Shown here piece after piece: positions 23,067 through 35,675 of a stretch of DNA of 52,504 nucleotides; the first letter of the stretch is position 1, and each line of letters begins with the position of its first letter. The position numbers and the translations under genes were made by a program. The stretch is from Macrostomum lignano (Eukaryota), in assembly GCA_002269645.1 (NCBI GenBank), contig NIVC01000935.1, positions 1-52,504 of the forward strand, written 5' to 3'. Under the pieces are notes generated by a model, which had not been told where the DNA came from, searched no databases, and saw nothing but the letters and a program-made list of their open reading frames with translations.

Positions 23067-24555
23067 ATGTCTGCCAGTTCTAATATTATTAATATTAATG
23101 AACCTATTAAGCCTCAGCTACCACTGCATCTATTTGTCTATGGCACTCTGAAATTTGGCCAACCAAATCAACATGTGCTGCTTGGTGCAGGCGGTGAAGG
23201 TGGCGCTGTATATGTATCTGGCGGCCGCACCTTGGAGTCCTATCCCCTAGTGATCAGCAGCAGCGCCAATATTCCATTCCTATTAAATCGGCCTGGCTTG
23301 GGACATAGAATATTTGGTCACATTGTCTGCGTGAGAACTTTGGCCGCCCTATCAACTCTGGACGAATTCGAGGCCTGCCCGGAGCTCTACCAGCGGCTGT
23401 CTGTTCCAGTGGAAGCTCTGCCGGCACCCGAGTCTGATTGGGCCGTCAAACATGCGGGGTGTTCCCTGCCAGTGCAGCAGCCGGGCCAGACTGTTTTCTG
23501 TCAGGTTAGCTCGAAATTAGATGAGCAAACATGTTGCTCTACTAATATTTTCACGTCTTGTCAGTAGCAATGCTGGACTTTTATTTTCGTAGCTGACCGA
23601 GCTAACATGCAGTTAAGAAAATAGTAAACTTTTTTAAACCTCTACTTTTGCCGTTTTGTGTCTACCCCTCACTTCCGCCCCTCTAAACACCCGCCCCTCT
23701 CACCCAGCCCTCTTCCACCCCCTACATCTGCCCCTCTACACTCAGCCCTCTTCCGCCCCTTTACATCCACCCTTCTATACACCCGCCCATCTACAGCCGG
23801 CCCTCTTCCGCCCCTTTACATCCGCCCTTCTATACACCCGCCCATCTACACCCAGCCCTCTTCCGCCCGTCAACATCTGCCCATCCACTTCCGCCCCTCT
23901 ACTTCCGCCCCTCTACATCCGCCCCTCTAAACACCCGCCCCTCTCACCCAGCCCTCTTCCACCCCCTAAATCTGCCCATCTACACCCAGCCCCCTTCCGC
24001 CCCTTTATATCCGCCCCTCTACATCCGCCCATCTACTTCCGCCCCAGCTCTACTTCCGCCCCTCTACTTCCGCCCCTCTACATACGCCCCTCTATACACG
24101 CACCCCTCTAAACCAAACCCTCTTCCGCCCCTCTACATCTGCCCCTCCATATCCGCCCCTCTACATCCGACCTATATCAGCCTCTAGATCCGCTTCGTTC
24201 GCGCCCACTTTCTTTTGCATCCATGCACCGCCTCTAATTCTCTCTATAATTAAATGACTATATAAAAAACTTGTGCTGTCAGCAACAAGACAGGTGTTAG
24301 GGATAGATAAGTACACCTTATCCTGCAATATGCTGTCCCGAACTTGCTAATATAAGTATATCTCAATAATTTTCTTCATCTGATAATCAGATTTACGTCT
24401 ACAGCGGACCAGACGAAAAACTGTTGAGACTGCCTCACTTGGCCGACTATCGATCTGACGGGGACCACGGGCGGCCCTACCTGGCTGAGGTGGACGATGT
24501 CGCTTCACCGGAGCAGCTGGAGGAACATGAAAAAATTGACGCTGCATGTAGCTAG
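23067..24555 (+). CDS. GGACT: Gamma-glutamylamine cyclotransferase-like (GGACT / AIG2-like), 200 aa; exons 23067-23504 and 24391-24555
   Basis: LFVYGTLKFGQPNQHVL...GRTLESYPLVI...NIPFLL..PG.G..IFG...LDEFEACPELYQR | IYVYSG...LPHLADYRSDGDHGRPY matches the GGACT motifs. The GT-AG intron is phase 0. Confidence 0.88.
23660..24190. repeat. C-rich degenerate minisatellite (CCGCCCCTCTACAT-like) in the GGACT intron
   Basis: Pyrimidine-rich, repetitive low-complexity tract. Confidence 0.85.
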
Positions 24556-27147
24556 AGGTCAAATTGCTCTGCAATGCCCGATTCTGCTAGGACAATTTTA
24601 AAAAGGACTACCACTATTAAGAGGACATGAGCACTTGGAAATTGTGGACGATTAATGCTTCAGAAGGCGTTACAGAGACAACAACTTTTCCGATTTTTTA
24701 CAATAATTCAGCAGTTCCTTATCGTCTGGTCTGAGCTTCCCAATGCGTAGTTGCTTGTTGTTTTAGTTTGCAGGTGGCTGTAGGTACCGCAATTTCAAAC
24801 ATTAACAATTAAAATTAGCTAATGGAGAAGAAAAACTACAACTAAGAAATGTATTGAAGAGATGGGAGAGCTGAAATTTTTCTTGGATTTAGCTTTTCTG
24901 TGAAGGCTTCGGTAGTGGTGTTTTGTCAATAATCAAAATCTATAAACTTGTTTGTGAAAGCACCTCGGATCGAACGCATGATAGTATCAGTGCAGAAAAA
25001 TTCCAAATTTTAGTCTCATGTCTAGTATTGCTCATCAAGTCTTGCGGTTACTGCATGCATGGGTCATCTGTACCTATATAGTTATGTCCAAATTTTTCGA
25101 CTTTCGGATTTCCGTCACGTGCCTACTTTAAAAGATGCGATTTTTTTGTGTCCATTTCTTTTATGCGAGGCTTTTTTTACATCCGGGATGTTGTCGGTGG
25201 AACATTTCTTTGCTAATCGGGACGCATGTTTTTCTAGTCGTTATGAAATTATTTCCACCATTTTAAGCATGATTATTCATAATTGCCAACATAGTTGCAG
25301 CTGCGTCTGCCTGCAATTTAGAGGGCTGCTGCTTGCAAAATTTAGCCATTCAAATTGCCTACCAATTATTAATAATCACCTTATGTGCGCACCTGCCGAC
25401 TTTCACTATACAGATAAAAAATATTTCCTTATATTTTCGTAGAACAGGCTTTTGAAGCCGGAACCCAAGCCTCACCTGTGCAGCGGACGGCTGGTCCGCA
25501 GCAGTTTTGCCAAAACCTTGCAATTGCAGTTCCGACAGTTTAAAAACTTCAATGTCTGAGGATTCGATAATTTCAGCAGGTTTTTCCTAACCATTTATCC
25601 ACAATAGCCTCATCGAGTTTTACACAGAGCGAACTACAATATTTTCAAAATTGCATGGCTGTAGATAAAAACCAGTGTAAAATATTGTGCTCGCACTTCT
25701 GAAAACCTTGTGAGTTTCTGCAGAAACATTCGTGAGTTGCTTGTGATCTTCGTGCGGGAGCGATGGCTGCAGGTTTCTTTTTATATGATCTTGGTGAGAC
25801 CATCGCGGTTGGAAGTCCTTGCGAGATCTTTGTGAGCTTTGATGGGAGCCTTCCTTAGGTTCTTGTTAGGGCTTTGGGAGTTGGTGGTGTGACCAAATAA
25901 AATCACCCTCCGTGCAGAAATCTTGAGCTTATGGGAATACGAGTAAGTGCATGAAGAAGTTTTCTGGAACTTGCAAACAACCATGCACAGGTGTTCTTAG
26001 ATTTTCAAGCCTCACAAGCCAGACAAATTAAATCTGCCGCGTGACTTCGGAGGCCCCTAATTGTTATCAAGGAGGCGGACAGACTCGATAATTTTTTACC
26101 CTTCAAATATGCAAAAACAGCGCTTTGACCAGAAAGATGTTTAGATGGTCTAATCCGACTAAAAGCCATTTTTTCAAAAAAAAGCAGACTAAAAAGACCC
26201 AGACGGCTCTTTGAGACCCAGTGCAGCTGTGGACTGGCCTAGGTTTGAGGAGACTTGTCGATAATTTTGTGAGCAGACTCTCGGTGTGTGGGCTGCATGG
26301 CTTTCGAAGAAAATCTATTCGGGCTCGGATTAAAAGCAGCCTGAATTCAACAGGTTTTCTGGCGCGTTTCCAAGCGGATAGACAGACGCCGAAAGGGACA
26401 GCTGGACTTGTTCCTATATCCTGTCCGCTGCCAGATAGAAATGACGCACGAACTTAAATTATTCTAGATGCAGTCGTATTAGGAATCGTTGCATTCAACT
26501 CAGTCAAAGCTTTTTCAAAAATTGGAACTTCACTTAATTAAGTGTCCATTAATGCTTCAAGCTAATTATACATTATTCGCTGGGTTTTTTTTAACAATAG
26601 AGACTCATCTCACCTGAGCTTCTAAATCGAAAGTAGAGGTTTGAAAAATTACATTTAACCTTTTCATGCCAAGGCCAGAAAATTAGAAACTCCGTTCCGG
26701 CCGACTTGGTCAGCAGGGCTAACCATACTCGTAGACTATTGCATGAAAATTTGACTGCTGATTTGCAAAGTCCTTGTAGCCGAGAAGGATTAACAAAACC
26801 ATCTCGCTTGCACAGTGGACTGTCAGGCCAGGGTAGAAAGTGTGAATGTACATGGCCTGGACAGAAATTAAAAGCTGGCCATAGACTATAAAATTTCAGG
26901 AAACCAATTTAGACAGGCATGGCTCTCTAAACATATTCTGTACCCTTTTACATTAAGGCTGATGTTGAGAGTTGAGTGTGGATGTACATGTATAGCTTGA
27001 ACAAAAGTTTAAAAGCTGGCCATATGCTATATACTATTATCTTTAAAAACTAAAAAGCAGGCCTAGCTGTTTTAATGTTTCTGTACATTTCTATCGAGCA
27101 TTAGCAGAGCAGAGTCAACTTTAAATATCTATATCTACAATTATACT

Positions 27148-29216
27148 ATGGACGATGTGCTCTTCACATCAGATTCTGACAGCGACATCGCCATCACAGA
27201 CGATTCTGATCCAATGCAGTCTGCTGAAGAAGGAGACGATTTGCAGGAAAGTGGTGAAGATGTCGCTATCGATGAAGAAGGAGACGATTTGCAGGAAAGT
27301 GGTGAAGATGTCGCTATCGATGAAGAAGGAGACGATTTGCAGGAAAGTGGTGAAGATGTCGCTATCGATGAAGAAGGAGACGATTTGCAGGAAAGTGGTG
27401 AAGATGTCGCTATCGATGAAGGAGACGATTTGCAGGAAAGTGGTGAAGATGTCGCTATCGATGAAGAAGGAGACGATTTGCAGGAAAGTGGTGAAGATGT
27501 CGCTATCGATGAAGGAGACGATTTGCAGGAAAGTGGTGAAGATGTCGCTATCGATGAAGGAGACGATTTGCAGGAAAGTGGTGAAGATGTCGCTATCGAT
27601 GAAGAAGGTGACGATTTGCAGGAAAGTGGTGAAGATGTCGCTATCGATGAAGGTGACGAGTGGCTGGAAGTAGAGCCTGGCAATGATGTTGGCGGCGGTG
27701 GAATAAACTTTGTAAGCATTACTGGAATAAACCCGAGCATTGAGCTTCCTGACGATCCGGAAACATTGACTTCTTTCTGAGACTATTTCTGACCATGCAA
27801 CCAGCTACTAAACAGCATTGTGCAGTGGACGAACTCAAAGGCATGGTTCGAATATGAACAAACATCTCTCGACGGCGAAGAACTGCCGACAGTTCTAAAG
27901 TCATGGAAGGATACTAACCGTGACGAGATCTCCAAGCTTCTGGGCGTGCACCTGTTAATGGAAATATCCCGAAAGCCGGAGTTACACGACTACTGGAGCA
28001 CCAGTGACATTCACTGCACACCGTTTTTCCAGTCTCCATATGCCCTCACACGTGACAGATTCATACAGCTGCTCTCGTTTCTTCGGTTTTACGAGGCACG
28101 CAAACCAGTCACGGATGATCCGCTGCACAAAATCCGTCCACTAATTCAACTGGCTCAGCGGCTCTGCAGCAACGTTTACCAGCCAGAGCAGCAACTTAGT
28201 GTTGATGAGTCTCTCATTCTGAACAAAGGAAGGCTGCAGTTCAGACAGTATATACCATCAAAGAGAGCACGAGTTGGTATAAAATTGTACTGCGGTTGTG
28301 AATCGACTTCTGGATATTTATACAGCTTTCTGGTGCACTCGACTGCAGAAGAAAATTCCCGCTTAGGTGAAGACCTCGGCTGCGATCAACTGTCTCTGAG
28401 CGAGAGATAGTAGTTGAACTGTGTAAGGTTCTGCTTGATTTAGACTACCACGTTTTCGTGGACAAGTGGTTCGCCTCTGCCAGACTTGCCAGTGTTCTGT
28501 ACGAGCGCAGCCCACTTTTCACAGGAACTGTTCGAGCCGACCGCGGAGTGCCTTTGTCGCTCCGTGGACGCCAGGTGCCAGCAAACGACGTTGTCTTCAT
28601 GAGAAAGCAGCCTCTGCTAGCCATGAAGATCTCAGAGCGGAAAGAGAGCGACTTGAAGACGATCTTCATGCTTGACACCCATGGCTCAGCTGACAAAGCC
28701 CAGGTACCGCGAATTCGCAAGAGCGGTAAAGTGGTGCTGGTGCAGAAGAGCGCATCGAATTCGCTATTCGATCGCTGCATGGGAGGTGTTGACCGACTAG
28801 ACGCCATGCTGAAGCCATACGACAGCTGTCGAAAAACGTGTAAGTGGTTTCACAAGTTGGGATTGCACCTCTGCCAGCTTCTCGTACACAATGCGTGGGT
28901 TGTGTATTCAAAGAACGGTGGTCGCTTGCCATTCGTAAAGTTTCTGGAGCGATGCATTGTTCATTTGGTGGAATCGACTGGCCCTGGCAGGCTGAGAGCA
29001 GTGCCCAGGATGCTGACAGGTGCCGCTGCCCAGCAGGAACGCCACTTTCCATCAAGGCTTCCACCAAACGACTCCACACCTAGACCGGCAAAGCGCTGTC
29101 GCGTGTGCTACAGCAGGGGCAATGCAAAGCGCACTGTTTTCTGCTGCACCGTGTGCCCAGGCGCCCCTGGACTTTGTCCCAGCCCCTGCTTCAGGGAGTG
29201 GCATGCGAATCACTAA
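27148..29216 (+). pseudogene. piggyBac transposase with three frameshifts (~27768 and ~27800, which compensate; ~28407)
   Basis: Motifs DFFLRLFLT..LLNSIVQWTN, DYWST, RDRFIQLLSFLRF, KIRPLI, SVDESL..KGRLQFRQYIPSKRARVGIKLY, VDKWF, GTVRADR, MGGVDRLD and a C-terminal CRVC...CTVC...LC..PCF.EWH domain. All three catalytic Asp are present. Confidence 0.92.
27222..27660 (+). repeat. 45/48-bp in-frame acidic repeat (E(E)GDDLQESGEDVAID x ~9) in the transposase N-terminus
   Basis: Near-identical copies differing only by a GAA codon indel. Confidence 0.95.
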
Positions 29217-30029
29217 GTAACTGAAGCTACCATCATAGGATGCGTTTCGAATGTGTCTGAGTTATTGTCGGTTGCAAGCTGTTCTATATTTTCTTTACAT
29301 CTCTTCTGAATTTTCACTAACACCGTTATTTATCACTATGCTGCTCTCACTTAAATTTGATAATTTTGAGCATGTGCTCATATTTGGTTCTTAATATTTT
29401 TTCTAACATAAGAAGTTAATGCTTGCAATGCGTTTTGCTACAAAAATCATTTTTTCGCTCGTTAAAATAAACTACTCGCATTTTACATATCAGTCAGTAA
29501 GTTTACTGCATATTCCTTCGCTCATATTCACTTGTAGTAAACTCGTGGCAGGCAAACGTATGCAAGATAGACACATTTAGCCGTATTATCTACCTTGGCC
29601 AGCGTTGCTGACCATGATCGTCAGGAAAGGCTCTGCTTCTTTGAAACTTTTCTCGCCCATAGACAGCACGAAATTTTCTCGGCAGATAGGGCTTTTAGTC
29701 TATGGTCAGCTCTGCTGACCATCCGGCAGCTTGAAGTTAAAGAGCGACAGCGTCTAGCACAGATGATGCGGCCTGACAGCTTGAGTCACCAATCTTGAAG
29801 TTCATTCAGACCCTATGAATAAAGCCGCGAATTCTGCCAAATTTAATAATGCCCTCAAATACGAGCCAATGCGATCTGTGTCATCGGTTGATGCTGACTC
29901 CACTGATGAACGAGACTGATACAATTTTGAAGCGTTATTATTTAGCTAATATCTGTGTAATGGGATTTTCGTTCAGCAAAGCAGAACAGCTGCAGTTGTA
30001 TTAGCGGTTTGTGGGGTCCCTGCCAGCAT

Positions 30030-30472
30030 GCTTCGGTCACTGCTCCCACCAGCTCCGGTCACTGCTCCCACCAACTCCAGTCACTGCTCTCACCATCTCC
30101 AGTCACTGCTCTCACCATCTCCGGTCACTGCTCTCACCATCTCCGGTCACTGCTCTCACCATCTCCGGTCACTGCTCTCACCAACTCCGGTCACTGCTCA
30201 CCATCTCCGGTCACTGCTCCCACCATCTCCGGTCACTGCTCTCACCAACTCCGGTCACTGCTCTCACCATCTCCAGTCACTGCTCTCACCAGCTCCAGTC
30301 ACTGCTTTCACCATCTCCGGTCACTGCTCTCACCATCTCCAGTCACTGCTCTCACCAGCTCCAGTCACTGCTCTCACCATCTCCGGTCACTGCTCTCACC
30401 AACTCCAGTCACTGCTCTCACCAGCTCCAGTCACTGCTCTCACCAGCTCCAGTCACTGCTTTCACCATCTCG
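30030..30472. repeat. 22-bp minisatellite (CTCC(G/A)GTCACTGCTCTCACCA(T/G/A))
   Basis: About 20 visible tandem copies. Confidence 0.93.
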
Positions 30473-30989
30473 GTTTAGTTTGAGAACTGAAAATGAACAG
30501 ACCCGACCAGCTCCGGTCCCCATCACGGTCCCTTCGGCGGCTCCTATCACTGTCGGGAGCTGCTCCCAGTCGCACCACCAAAGACAGACAGACACTAACA
30601 AGACAGGCAGCTAGAATATGATATTTGAGGACGAGCTTGTAAAGTTTTTTTGGCAACCATGCATCCGTTTGCTTTGCGGGACTAAAGCACAGAACCTATC
30701 GCCTGTCTTCCTAAAGCCCCATTTTCATTCACACTTTTTACTTACGAGCGTACTAGAACTGGTCGATGACTCGTCTGATGAATCTTATTTGACCAATCAG
30801 AGTGCTCCTAGGGTAAGGCAACAGTCAGCCACCCTCGTATTTTTATGTCGTTTTCTGTTGTCGGGAAATTTTCTATAAATACGAGCAAAAATTCGGTGCC
30901 CAGCAAGGCCTCACAGACCCCGGAGATATACTCTCTCAATTTCTACTCAGCTCTGACTAGACGCGAGACTCTCAGCTCCTCAACCAAGG

Positions 30990-31554
30990 ATGTCGGCCGT
31001 ATCCGCTGCACTGCTCCTGGTTGCCACCGCCCTGATGGCGGCCTCGGCCACTGCCAGCTACGAGTGCCTGAGCGGGAACAGCACCGCCAGTGCTTCTCTG
31101 CGCCAGGCCACCCTGCTTGGCCTGGCTCAGCCCATGCCCGGCTGCACCGAGTTCAGGCACTACTGCAGCTCCGTGATCCTGTTGTACCCGCAGGCTGGCA
31201 GCACCGTCTACATGACGGTGGCCAAGCCCGGCAACTGCGAGCGAGTTAAGGCTCTGATTGTTCGGTAAGTGTGGGGGTTTGGCTCAAGGTGTGCATGGCT
31301 TCATGGGATGCTGATATTCCCCAACCAAAATTGCCGCCTGACTCTGCAGCGCCGCCGAAGACCCCGAGACCCCCAGGAAGGATCTCAGCCACTGTCTTCG
31401 CCTAGACGTGAGTCACGTGATCCACTGGCTGCACCGGGGCTACGAGTACAAGCCTCTGGCCGAATGCGTTGAGAACATCTGCACCGCTCTGACCAGCCTG
31501 CAGACCTGGCAGGTGCGCCAGCGCAGGTTCTGCCGTCACTACTTCCAGGAGTGA
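30990..31554 (+). CDS. Unrecognised secreted protein, 159 aa, 8 Cys; exons 30990-31264 and 31350-31554
   Basis: Hydrophobic signal-peptide-like N-terminus (MSAVSAALLLVATALMAASATAS). The GTAAGT..TGCAG intron is phase 2. Exon 2 is open to a TGA at 31552. The exons have GC-rich codon usage against AT-rich flanks, and a partial duplicate lies nearby. Confidence 0.7.
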
Positions 31555-32554
31555 GAGCCCGCCACGGCGGCAATGCTGGCGCAACAATAGCTGCTGTCTC
31601 CATGGAAACAGCTATGAGCAGAGAATAAAGACTGGACTAACTCCATTTACCCCCGCCCCTATCTTTTTGTGCGTTATTTTTCAATCCGTTGAAACTACAA
31701 GACCAACGAATTTAAAAATTAAGCATTCCCTTCTGTTGTTATTAAATGTTATCTGTTGTTTTCTAATCTTAAAGATGTTTTTTAGTCAATTTGAACACAA
31801 ACGCCTGTCTTTAAGACACACAGGAAGAATAATAAACCCCGTGTTTATTCAATGAAATATTTAACCCCCCTGTTTTTGTTGAGACATAAAAAAGCAAAAT
31901 AAAAACTATAAAATAAAAAAATAAAATAAAAAACCGACGATGTTACGGCAAATATAAAGGTTGATGTCCCTCTCCAGCATTCAAAAATCTGACTTCAGGC
32001 TTTGTTTATTAATAATGAATTATCAATAAGCTAGGATGTGAGATCGAAAGATTTTTCAGATGTGTTTTTCCTCGACTCGCGGGCCGCACTGTAGTCGGAA
32101 TTTGCGCGTTTGTGCCCTGCTTTACTGTCTATGGCGCAAGTCCAGTACGAAACGTGTCGGTGTGCTGGGAGTTGATGGGATCGTAGCTCTGTCAATGGAG
32201 TCATTGCCACATGGTCGTATAGGCGTGTGCGCTGTAATCCGTCATTGGCCTGTGGAAGCTGCTCATTAGGTATATAGCCACGCGCGCTCCAACTTTCTTG
32301 ATAACCGGTGTTGGCCTGGCAACCTTGTTTCGGTGATGTGCGGCAGTGCAACGTGTGTCGCTGCTCCTTGGTTGATCCCTATTGACCCGTGACAGTTCTA
32401 TTTTGTTGCTGTATCGGCCAACGGATTCAACATTTGATGCCCTAGCTGTGAATTAACTGTTAGGATTACTGCACATTATGAATAGTTTGCTAGTACAGAT
32501 ATACTGGACGCGGTATCCGTTCTCGATAAGTTCGCGACCACTGTTCCACTGTCT

Positions 32555-32838
32555 CCGCAGGCTGGCAGCACCGTCTACATGTACATGGCGCAGATTGTTC
32601 GGTAAGTAGGGGTTTGGCTGAAAGTGTGCATGGCTTAATCTTGATGAACACGGGATGCTGATATTCCCCAACCAAAATTGCCACCTGACACTGCAAGCGA
32701 CGCCGAGGACCCCGAAACCCCGGGAAGGAGCTCAGCCTCCTCAGCCTGGACGTGAGTCACGTGATCCACTGGCTGCACCGGGACTACGAGGCAGCTCTGG
32801 CCGAATGCGTTGAGAACATCTGCACCGCTCTGACCAGC
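32555..32838 (+). pseudogene. Degraded partial duplicate of the 30990-31554 gene (end of exon 1, intron and most of exon 2)
   Basis: Shares CCGCAGGCTGGCAGCACCGTCTACATG, GATTGTTCGGTAAGT, the intron core and GACGTGAGTCACGTGATCCACTGGCTGCACCGG..GAATGCGTTGAGAACATCTGCACCGCTCTGACCAGC. It has indels and an altered acceptor. Confidence 0.85.
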
Positions 32839-33042
32839 GGTGTCTACGCCAATTTGTGACTGAGAGACAAGCCAGCCTATGGTTGGACATCCATCCAAGC
32901 TTGCGGTATATTTCAAACGAGTTGATTAACACCGGTGCTAGATGTTAATTCCGCTGACTCCTGACTCCTGTGCACTCAGACAGGCATTCCTACTCATGCT
33001 CTCACAGTCTGTACAGCAGCTAATAACTTTCTAATCGTCAGG

Positions 33043-33272
33043 CATGTACACTCTCTGGCTCTGTGGCATGTACACTCTCTGGCTCTGTGGCATGTACACT
33101 CTCTGGCTCTGTGGCATGTACACTCTCTGGCTCTGTGGCATGTACACTCTCTGGCTCTGTGGCATGTACACTCTCTGGCTCTGTGGCATGTACACTCTCT
33201 GGCTCTGTGGCATGTACACTCTCTGGCTTTGTGGCATGTACACTCTCTGGCTCTGTGGCATGTACACTCTCT
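33043..33272. repeat. 24-bp minisatellite (CATGTACACTCTCTGGCTCTGTGG), ~9.5 copies
   Basis: Near-perfect tandem copies. Confidence 0.96.
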
Positions 33273-34759
33273 GGGCCCCCGGGGGAGCCCCAGATTAACA
33301 GTAGAACTACCAAGAGGGGGGATTCCCCCTCTGACATATTTTGCTGCGCCGGAACGGAGCAGCGCAGGCACACGAAATTCAAGAACACCAACTAACTTTT
33401 TGTTGCGCACCTTCTAAAACAGAAATCAAGTCGACAGCCCTCCGGAGTGTCGAAATATTCGACGATTCTGCCAGAAGGTCGGATTTTTCCCATAAGCGCC
33501 AGTGCATTCAGTACACGCCTGTGCGACAATCAGCATCGCGCCTCAGTGCAGCCTTGCCAAGCCTTCAAATTTCATCAGCACGTCGAACACATGTGTCTGC
33601 ATCAGCTCTGACTTCGTTGGTAACTGGCCTTCACCCAAGCGGAGCTTCTGGACCTTCAACAGGTGGCACCAGGTGACTATGGACACGCTGTTGAAAAATT
33701 CTCTTAGTTTCGCCGATCAAGCCTCGACAGTGGGCAAGCCTCAACTGCTGCACATCCTCAGCTGGTCTCTCAAGCATTCTGTCATCACCCCGACGCCGTC
33801 GGCTTCTTCAACAGATGACACCAGGCGACTATAAGAGTTAGAAATCAGAAGTTTTGACCCAAGTTAGAAAATAGGTAGAAATTTATGAAATGCCCAGGCG
33901 CAGTGAAGGGCGAGGCAGAAGAGCGCAATGGAACCCCTAGATAGCTATTAGAAGGGCAAACAGAAGCAACATTAAGACGATTATTCAACTGTCAAGTCAG
34001 ATATGAATAACCGAATCTAATAAAGCCTCTTTCCATTCCAGTAAGTAGCAACACCCCGCCGCAGGCACAATGGCGCTCAAACCGGCTGGGAGAAGCAAAC
34101 CGAGCAGAGGCCCGACTTAGACAGCGATGACATCAAAAAAAGCAATCGGCCCGTGGCACGCGTCAGAACCTGGCAAACTTTGGAGGAGAATCGCACGGCC
34201 CGCCCACGGACTCCTACCCAACCCGAAGCGGCCCAAGAAGGCGAGATCAACCCCAAGCTGCCTGACAACCGAGAGAAACAGAGGACTGTATAATCATCCA
34301 TGGACAGAGTTAAGAGAAGGAAAACTAAGCTCTTTTTCTATAATCTTTCTATCCTAAAATTTATCCAACTCAACTCATAGATTTGCAAAACCCCGAATAA
34401 TCTCTAACCCGCACACTCAGCAACCTACTAGAACAAACTAAATACGTGTAAAACTACCAGTATGGGCACTGAGTCCCAGATTTTTATTGCTTAAACCCCC
34501 GCCGTTGCTAACCACGCGAAGACACTCCACCGGCGGCGGGGGAGGCCAAAAATGCCAATAGACGCCCATCTCAAACTGGAGCGGCGCTTCGCTTCTGGTT
34601 TGCGTGATTTCAGATCTCAACTCGCTCCACTTGTATTGGTCTCTGGCTATCCAGTTGGCTCAAATCTAAGTCTTTAAACCAATTATTTGCCTTAAAAATT
34701 ACACAGAGCAAATATTCGTGTGATCAAATTCAGTCTAGATATTAGGAGATCCCGTCAGT

Positions 34760-35675
34760 CAGGGACGTCACCATGGATTTTATGATGGGGGGGGGACAAT
34801 GCCAAGAATTCAACGTGTACATGTACATGACTAAATTCCTACATTTTCATTATTTTGAGAATCGTGTTGTCAACCCTCATTTTGGCGCCGCAGGCACTCA
34901 TTTTGACTCTGCAGGCACTCATTTTGGCGCCGCAGGCACTCATTTTGGCGCCGCAGGCACTCCTTTTAGCGTCGCAGGCACTCATTTTGGCGCCGCAGGC
35001 ACTCATTTTGGTGCCGCAGGCATTCCTTTTAGCGCCGCAGGCACTCATTTTGACTCTGCAGGCACTCATTTTGGCGCCGCAGGCACTCATTTTGGCGCCG
35101 CAGGCATTCCTTTTAGCGCCGCAGGCACTCATTTTGGCGCCGCAGGCACTCATTTTGGCGCCGCAGGCACTCATTTTGGCGCCGCAGGCACTCATTTTGG
35201 CGCCGCAGGCACTCATTTTAGCGTCGCAGGCACTCATTTTGGCGCCGCAGGCACTCATTTTGGCGCCGCAGGCACTCATTTTGGCGCCGCAGGCACTCAT
35301 TTTAGCGCCGCAGGCACTCATTTTGGCGCCGCAGGCACTCATTTTAGCGTCGCAGGCACTCATTTTGGCGCCGCAGGCACTCATTTTGGCGCCGCAGGCA
35401 CTCATTTTGGCGCCGCAGGCATTCCTTTTAGCGTCGCAGGCACTCATTTTGGCGCCGCAGGCACTCATTTTGGCGCCGCAGGCATTCCTTTTAGCGTCGC
35501 AGGCACTCATTTTGGCGCCGAAGGCGCTATATTTTGGCGCCCTGAAGAAAATTTATTAATTACCACAACGAGTCACAAGGTGGGGTGGGGGGACAAAGCA
35601 TTGGCATGTCCCCCCCCCATAGCTTTTACTGGGGGGGGACATGTCCCCCTGTCCCCCCCGGTGGCGACGCGCCTG
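34760..35675. mobile_element. Non-autonomous hAT-like element (916 bp) carrying an internal minisatellite
   Basis: TIRs CAGGGACGTCACCA / TGGCGACGCGCCTG (11/14 match) and an exact 8-bp TSD CCGTCAGT at 34752-34759 and 35676-35683. An 8-bp TSD with CAG termini is typical of hAT. Confidence 0.85.
34878..35520. repeat. 21-bp minisatellite (TTGGCGCCGCAGGCACTCATT) inside the hAT-like element
   Basis: About 30 copies. The unit length is a multiple of 3, which explains the spurious long ORFs. Confidence 0.96.

Larger units (their letters stand above)
26659..29216 (+). mobile_element. piggyBac (PGBD4-like) DNA transposon, probably defective; right end not found
   Basis: Putative left end TTAA|CCTTTTCATGCC at 26655-26670, followed by a transposase reading frame. 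No matching right TIR plus TTAA was seen downstream. Confidence 0.75.

Noticed and set aside
24640-26600. Short ORFs and possible transposon remnants between GGACT and the piggyBac
   Set aside because: No recognisable motifs, TIRs or TSDs, so the region is left unannotated.
29400-31965. Right TIR candidates for the piggyBac (AGAAGTTAA at ~29411; GGCAAATATAAAGGTTGA at ~31946)
   Set aside because: Neither matches the left terminus well together with an intact TTAA.
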